Part shown: positions 58,301-64,000 of the stretch, piece after piece
How the letters are laid out: each line of letters starts with the position of its first letter
Numbering within the stretch: position 1 is the stretch's first letter
Assembly: GCF_052425735.1 (NCBI RefSeq)
Contig: NC_135759.1
Location: forward strand, 46,128,001-46,192,000
Origin: Oculina patagonica
Lineage: Eukaryota
Reading direction: 5' to 3'
Length of the DNA: 64,000 nucleotides
The notes under the pieces: generated by a model
Seen by the model: the letters and a program-made list of their open reading frames with translations, nothing else
What the model was told of the DNA's origin: nothing
Databases searched by the model: none
Translations under genes and position numbers: made by a program

Positions 58301-60253
58301 ATCAACATGCTAATCACAATTCAGAAATAAAAAATAAGGGTCACAAAGATAATTTTTGTGTTATTGTTGCTATGGTGACATGTAATGTCATGAAGATAAC
58401 CACAACTTGGTCAAAAAAACATCTGGCCAAGTGATTTTAAGAACTGCAAAAAAAAAAGACAGTTGTCATTATTATTTTTGTTCTTTGCAAAAAGGACTGC
58501 GAGTCACCTTGGGTGAGTGGGTGAGTGCTTATTTCCAATTTTTATTATTGTGGGGAGATCGAAGTATAAGTGCCAAAAACTGTTGCCAGCCACCCTAAGT
58601 CTGTGAGGGGAAATTTATCTTTCTTCTCCTTGGTAAGGAAACTGCTTTACAGAATTATTTTGGACAACAACTTTTATTTTAATGTACATTAATTAACAAT
58701 AAGGCAAGATTTCCGCACAGGACCCTACATTAATTATGCATACAATTTTCTGACTGATTCGTTCTTTTCATGATTGCTGTTTTTGTATAGTGATAGTATG
58801 AAATAGTTGCATACATAATTAATGTAGGGTCCTGTGCGGAAATCTTTCCAACAATAATATAAAATTATGAATAAGACCCCTGTGTCATCAAAAAATTAAC
58901 CGGAGACACTTGCCCTAAATCTGTACTACAAGTCTATCATGTCTGCCTGTAAATTGTTATTGCATTAGTTATCCAATAAAAACAGCAGATCCATTCTTGT
59001 CCTCTTAAACATGGAAAGAAAGTTTTTGCAATGTTTGCAGAACGTTTTTGGCAAATTGTCAGCGAATCGATGAGCGCATGACGAATAAATTGGAGATAAA
59101 CTTACAGCATAGAATAACCGTTCTGACGTTGGTGACTTGTTTTAAGGCAAGTATTAAACTCAATCAACTACAATAGAAAATTAATTTTAGATGGCATCGC
59201 CACAATTATAATACTGCTCACATTATTTATTCCCACATAGATCGAAGTACTGCATAAAAGGGTTTTCCATTGACATACCGAAACGAAACAAAGCAGACAA
59301 CAAACAGACGCAAGGTCGAAAAACAGGGCACAAAAGTGATTAAGATCGGATTCACCTAACGCTTTCAATTAGTACAAAATGCTTACCATAAAAAGTTCGC
59401 CAGCCCTTTCATCCATATGCAGGGGGCTTGGAGATCTTGAGTCCGGCGGTGTAGGCTGAAAACCTGGATAGCCGAGAAAGGGTCCACAGGCTGGTTGTGG
59501 AACTGGCTGAGGGGAAAAGAGACTTTTCCCAGCCGAGTCTGCAAAACAACAAAACGAGAAAACAGCTTCGCGTCACGCCTTTCCGTTAATTGCCATGATT
59601 TTGCAGCTTTGTACTAATTTGTACTCGAAGAACTCGAATGAGCTCTGGAAAAATTACTTACTGGGATCCAGAGCTGAGTCCAGCAACGCATTGATTCGAG
59701 TCATGATGGAAGTTTTGTCCTCTGGTGCATTCTGCAAGGAAAGAAAATACGTTGACGATGCATTGAGCGCGAGTGAAAAAAAAATTCTTGAAATAACTAG
59801 ACCACAATTGTTGACCTCAGCGTCTGACACACGGCGATTGTTACCTTTGTAAATTTATTTATCTCGACCAACGTGCACAAAAACAACTTAAAAACATTGA
59901 GCTTATTCAGTCGAAGTTCATTTCTGCACTTGATATTTGGGATGACGACAAGCTATAAGACAGTGATTTTGTGTTGAAAGTAAAATGCTGGCGTTCTGCT
60001 TTTCACTGGTCTAAGAAAAACAACTTCATCGACAACACTTTGAGCCGGAAAAATATTCCTTCCTTCGGCACCTGGACCGATGACAATTGCCTAGGCAATT
60101 CTTGACAAACAGCTAGGAAGCGTCTCCTTTAGCTGCGTCCAAAATTCAACAATGAAAAAATAATAACATTTCAAGATTCAAGCTCACCTCCTTACTCATG
60201 GCTGAAAGTGAAAGCGTCCCGAACTTGCAAAGCTCCTCATTCTCGTCTCTCAT
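52337..60253 (-). CDS. CPEB1: Cytoplasmic polyadenylation element-binding protein, CPEB1/orb subfamily, ~492 aa, 12 exons
   Basis: Exons (minus): 60253-60188, 59731-59662, 59538-59387, 58146-57786, 57173-57051, 56900-56808, 56661-56534, 54949-54835, 54539-54456, 54326-54232, 53930-53779, 52376-52337 (1479 nt). '[11 protein letters not shown]' (CPEB1 N-terminal motif), RRM1 '[22 protein letters not shown]', RRM2 '[35 protein letters not shown]', ZZ finger '[23 protein letters not shown]'. Confidence 0.95.
53454..53717 (-). other. Putative alternative (PTC-containing) cassette exon in the last CPEB1 intron
   Basis: Acceptor TTTTGTTTTTTTAAAG|G at 53718, consensus donor GAG|GTAAGTAT at 53454/53453, in-frame TAA at 53650-53648. 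Confidence 0.55.
55513..55757 (+). mobile_element. Very short 5'-truncated LINE (ORF2 C-terminal tip, 3'UTR, poly-A)
   Basis: 15-bp TSD AAGTTGCTTCTCCAT at 55498-55512 and 55758-55772; AATAAA and poly-A; '[16 protein letters not shown]'; ~18-bp duplication at the 5' junction. Confidence 0.85.
55803..56203. mobile_element. MITE
   Basis: ACACTGATTTCACAAATGGCGGAC...GTCTGCCATTTGTGAAATCGGTGT. Confidence 0.75.
56295..56496 (-). mobile_element. tRNA-derived SINE (family B) in a CPEB1 intron
   Basis: Minus strand GGGAGGCGCGGTGGCC...GTGCCTCTCTCCACCCAGGTGTATAAATGGGTAC...TAGCATCCCATC. Confidence 0.8.
58706..58846. repeat. Foldback element in CPEB1 intron 3
   Basis: AAGATTTCCGCACAGGACCCTACATTAATTATG...CATAATTAATGTAGGGTCCTGTGCGGAAATCTT (33-bp perfect arms). 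Confidence 0.85.
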
Positions 60254-61545
60254 GGCCGCTGTATTTGTATCATTTCGGTTTAGAAGCTTGATGCACGTGG
60301 AATCTGTGGATTCTCGTGCAAATCACCTCATTGGTCAGTCAATATTGCCATTGTTTTATGACCAATCGGATCGTCGTACACAAGTAAGCGCTAACTTCCT
60401 CTTATTATCACTTCCGGTTAATTTTTCTCGTGTGATCGTTCAATAACAGCAATTCGGCGGTATTTGCTGTTGTGGAATAATTGGAACTTCGCACCCGATT
60501 TAATGCTTTTAGTTCTTGCAACATCTGCGGTAATATAATTATGAAAAGGCGCATGTACCACCACGAAGAAAAAATTCAGTCTATTTTCGCTGCGAGAATA
60601 CATTCCAAGGTGTCTATGATAATTTTTTTTATTCTCTTTTTGTATTGTATGCGATGTGAGTGCGAACGAACTGTACATCATCACGAGACTACAAAACAAC
60701 AACGTTGTTGATACTTTTACAACAGGCAGTAGAAATAAAATAAAGGAAATTTTTTATACAGAATGCGTGGACGCAATGAAAAACTAGAAATACATGTACA
60801 GACTTGTCGAATTTTAAAATCTTGACTCGCTCAAGTTTATTTGAGGGATGCGGTTTTCCATACAGTGTCCATACAATTGTTGTCTCCGATGAATTTTGCG
60901 GAGTCGTTGTTTATAAAGACAAATGCATGGAAATATAAAACCGCCATTACACGGTTCCTAGCCCAGCTACACATCTCAGATTTGATCAATTAAAGCTTTA
61001 AAGCTTTCGTCATATATCACAGCCAGGGAATATCACATAAATCAAACTTTACGACTGAAATTGTTTCACTTTGTGTTCACTGTATTTCACGCCATATTTG
61101 CAAAACAAAACGGGAATTGGACATCAGTGGGTGTGTTGTTTGTTCATATACCGACTGACAACTATGAACTTTCTCACGACGGAATTGATCAATAGCCTGC
61201 TATGACAGGTAATTGTAATGACCGGTTATTCGAATTATTTCACTGCAGTTCAACAACATATAGGTGGCGGAAATAACAGCATGCACACCTGTTACAAACA
61301 GTACAGGAGACACACAAGTATCCCTGACCACGAGAAATGAAATAACGTACCACAAATATTGAACTTTTTATTTACAGACTTATAAGCAGGTCACCCGCAC
61401 ATGCTATTTTCTCCACGTCAAAGTGGGCTCCAAAACCAAAATGGCGGCGCTAGGTACACTGTAAAGGCCACAGACAGGCAGAATCACTTCCCGGAATAAG
61501 AGGAAGTGAAAAATTGGCCAAAATTTTCTAAACTTTTTTCTTTTC

Positions 61546-61951
61546 AAGCCATCCCAATAAAATGTTTCGTTTCCCATTGCCCCGTCTCTTGTGATGGTGG
61601 GTCGGTCGGTCAGGCAAAAAAAAAAAAGAATGAACACTTTAAAGGGTCTGGTTTCATTTAAGAAGCGAGGAGATGCAGAACCGATAGATTTTGTTTCAGT
61701 CGATCTCGCTGAAAATGTTGGAACAATCGTTAATGCCCTTGGCGCGAAACAGCCATTGAAAACTTTTATATCGATGTTAATTAAAGACAAGGACATCACA
61801 TTATACCAATTGCTGTTGATAAAACAAGATCGTGTGCTTGTAAATTAAAGTACTTGCCTCTTTGACTAGTGAATCTGGAACTTTTTTTTATTTCTCGAAA
61901 AATATGGGTCGGTCGGGCGATGGGAAACGAAACATTTTATTGGGATGGCCT
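61546..61951. mobile_element. MITE (Harbinger-like GGCCATCCCAATAAAA TIR)
   Basis: GCCATCCCAATAAAATGTTTCGTTTCCCATTGCCC...GGGCGATGGGAAACGAAACATTTTATTGGGATGGC. Confidence 0.8.
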
Positions 61952-62674
61952 AAATAGTTTGAAATTTAAAAAAATGCCAGTATCATAAGTAAGTTAAACA
62001 ATAGATGTTTCCCCAACGGCTTTCTATTATTTTGGCTACTGTTTTCTCTAATTAAACATGCATAGAACTGAATGCATATCGGAGAGATATCGGAGACAGG
62101 GTGCCCACCATTTGAGTTTTGTTGTACGAACGCCCAGTTCGATAGCTTAGAAGTAAAAAAGACATGTCATGATGACGAATCGAAGAATTTCGATTCATCA
62201 ATGTACATGTGTGCGCTATTTAGTATTTGGCTGTTTAGTGGCGAGGCGCGCTGGTTAGCGGCGCGTTGACCATAAACCGAAACAAAATATATTCCTTCTG
62301 TACCATATTACGTAATTTTCTATTGACAACGTCCTCTAACGCAGCTTTGAAAGACCTCTCAGGAGATTTGCAGCTGCCATTATTTATTACCGCACATCCT
62401 TGTTTTTCGCGCGCCAACCTTCAGGGTTCATATTATTCCCGCGTAACAGGTTCACAGAAACGTTTTCAATGTTTCGACCGAAACTAATTAGAGCACCGAG
62501 TTTCTTAGAGCTCTTCTCTCCGTGATACGCAAATAGTAACAGCAGCTTGGGTATCGATAATACTCTTTGTGAACTGTAGGCAAGTCTAGGTCCATAAAAA
62601 AGCAAAGATTCCAATGACGGACAATAATCGCAATTGCCAACGACCAATCACAGCAAATACAATTATAACGGAAT

Positions 62675-63042
62675 GAACCAATCAGAACACGAGGAAAAAT
62701 ATACAGTCTGTGCCCAGCGCGGGAAAATGCGCGTGTGAACCAATCAGAACACGAGAAAAAATATGCAGTCTGTGCCCAGCGCGGGAAAACACACGTGTGA
62801 ACCAATCAGAACACGAGAAAAAATATGCAGACTGTGCCCAGCGCGGGAAAACACACGTGAACCAATCAGAACACGAGAAAAAATATGCAGTCTGTGCCCA
62901 GCGCGGGAAAATGCGCGTGCGAACCAATCAGAACACGAGAAAAAATATGCAGTCTGTGCCCAGCGCGGGAAAACACACGTGTGAACCAATCAGAACACGA
63001 GAAAAAATATGCAGTCTGTGCCCAGCGCGGGAAAACGCATGT
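62675..63042. repeat. Minisatellite, 6 x 60-62 bp
   Basis: Unit GAACCAATCAGAACACGAGAAAAAATATGCAGTCTGTGCCCAGCGCGGGAAAA(CACAC/TGCGC)GTGT starting at 62675, 62737, 62799, 62859, 62921 and 62983. Confidence 0.97.
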
Positions 63043-64000
63043 GATAAGATATTCTATTCTAAGGTTGGTGATCCCACATATAAACTTGAGTTACAACATT
63101 TGTCTTGTTCAATGGTGAGAAAACTCCAGTTTAAATCACAAGGTGATCAGAAGGTGTCCGGTTGAAAAATAAAACATCATGCGACTACAAGCTCAAAACT
63201 CCACCAATCTTTTAACCATTATTTGAAGCAAACAAACTAACAAAAACTTGTACATTAGTGGTCCTAGACCAGCAACAGGACTGATGTTAAGGATAAGCAC
63301 GGCTGGGTAGAGTTTGTAGAGCTTAAACCAGCTTCGATAAAACAAAGCGGTTACTGCTCTACAGTTTTTCCTAGATTAGATGCTGGTGCATCCCAAGTAA
63401 CCTACCACATCGCCGCTACCCATGTATTCCCCTGGGTGGAGAGAGGCATTGTGAAAGTGAAGTATCTAGCCCAAGAACACAACACAAATAGAACATAAAA
63501 ACTTTCTTTGTTTTAGGAAGTCAATCAACAGGAGGAGTCCACAACTGTTTGATTGTCATCAATATTGTTTTTTTTTTTCATTGAAGGTGATATGGTGTGA
63601 GGCATAACCCGTAAATCAAAATCTTTTGGAATGATCAAATACGATTAACATCCAACATATAATAGGTTCAGATCGGAATATTTCAATGTTTATTCACAGC
63701 ATAATCAACCAGATAATTAACAAGGCTACAGTATTGCTAGATATGGGGAAGAGATAGTGGTATGTATGTACATAAGGGGCATCATTACTCATTCCTTCGT
63801 TACTTGTAAACTGCACCATAAGCAGTCTGGCAAAAGTCCCCTAACCAGTGTTGTAAATTATCCCTAAAAAGCCCTGAGGGGAGTGGATGATTACATATAT
63901 TACAGTTTATCCTAAGCTTGTGTGATGGATGGCTACGTAACGTGATGGATGGTTATCACATTTACTGGTATTAAAACATGGGTTTTCGTGTATTACACAC

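Noticed and set aside
62675-63042. CRISPR-like array or repeat-protein ORFs (62488-63165)
   Set aside because: Units are contiguous with no unique spacers, the context is eukaryotic with no cas genes, and the ORFs in several frames are by-products of the repeat.

Overview
AT-rich (roughly 36-38% GC by eye), intron-containing animal genomic DNA. The dispersed repeat families (tRNA-derived SINEs, Penelope hammerhead-type motifs, CCCGGGGGGTAC MITEs) point to a cnidarian, most likely a scleractinian coral (inference). Exons were rebuilt by hand with phase-consistent GT-AG junctions. Genes: last exon of a class A GPCR (+), an intronless 181-aa unknown ORF (-), TTC23 (-, 10 exons) head-to-head with ROPN1L (+, 6 exons) across an RFX X-box, LMAN1/ERGIC-53 (+, 14 exons, KKFF end), a class I SAM methyltransferase (-, 2 exons), CHTOP (+, 2 coding exons) and CPEB1/orb (-, 12 exons, ~1.8 kb CPE-rich 3'UTR). 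Introns and intergenic DNA are dense with MITEs (many with readable TSDs), SINEs, truncated LINEs and Penelope remnants, some nested three deep; there is one 192-N assembly gap. The best candidates for undescribed biology are RNA-level: (1) a GC-rich, highly structured island in the last CPEB1 intron that looks like a PTC-bearing (poison or alternative C-terminus, CaaX-like) cassette exon flanked by multibranch stems; (2) the single CHTOP coding-region intron, which folds end-to-end, has a competing hairpin and gives an immediate stop on retention, resembling the human CHTOP autoregulatory intron.
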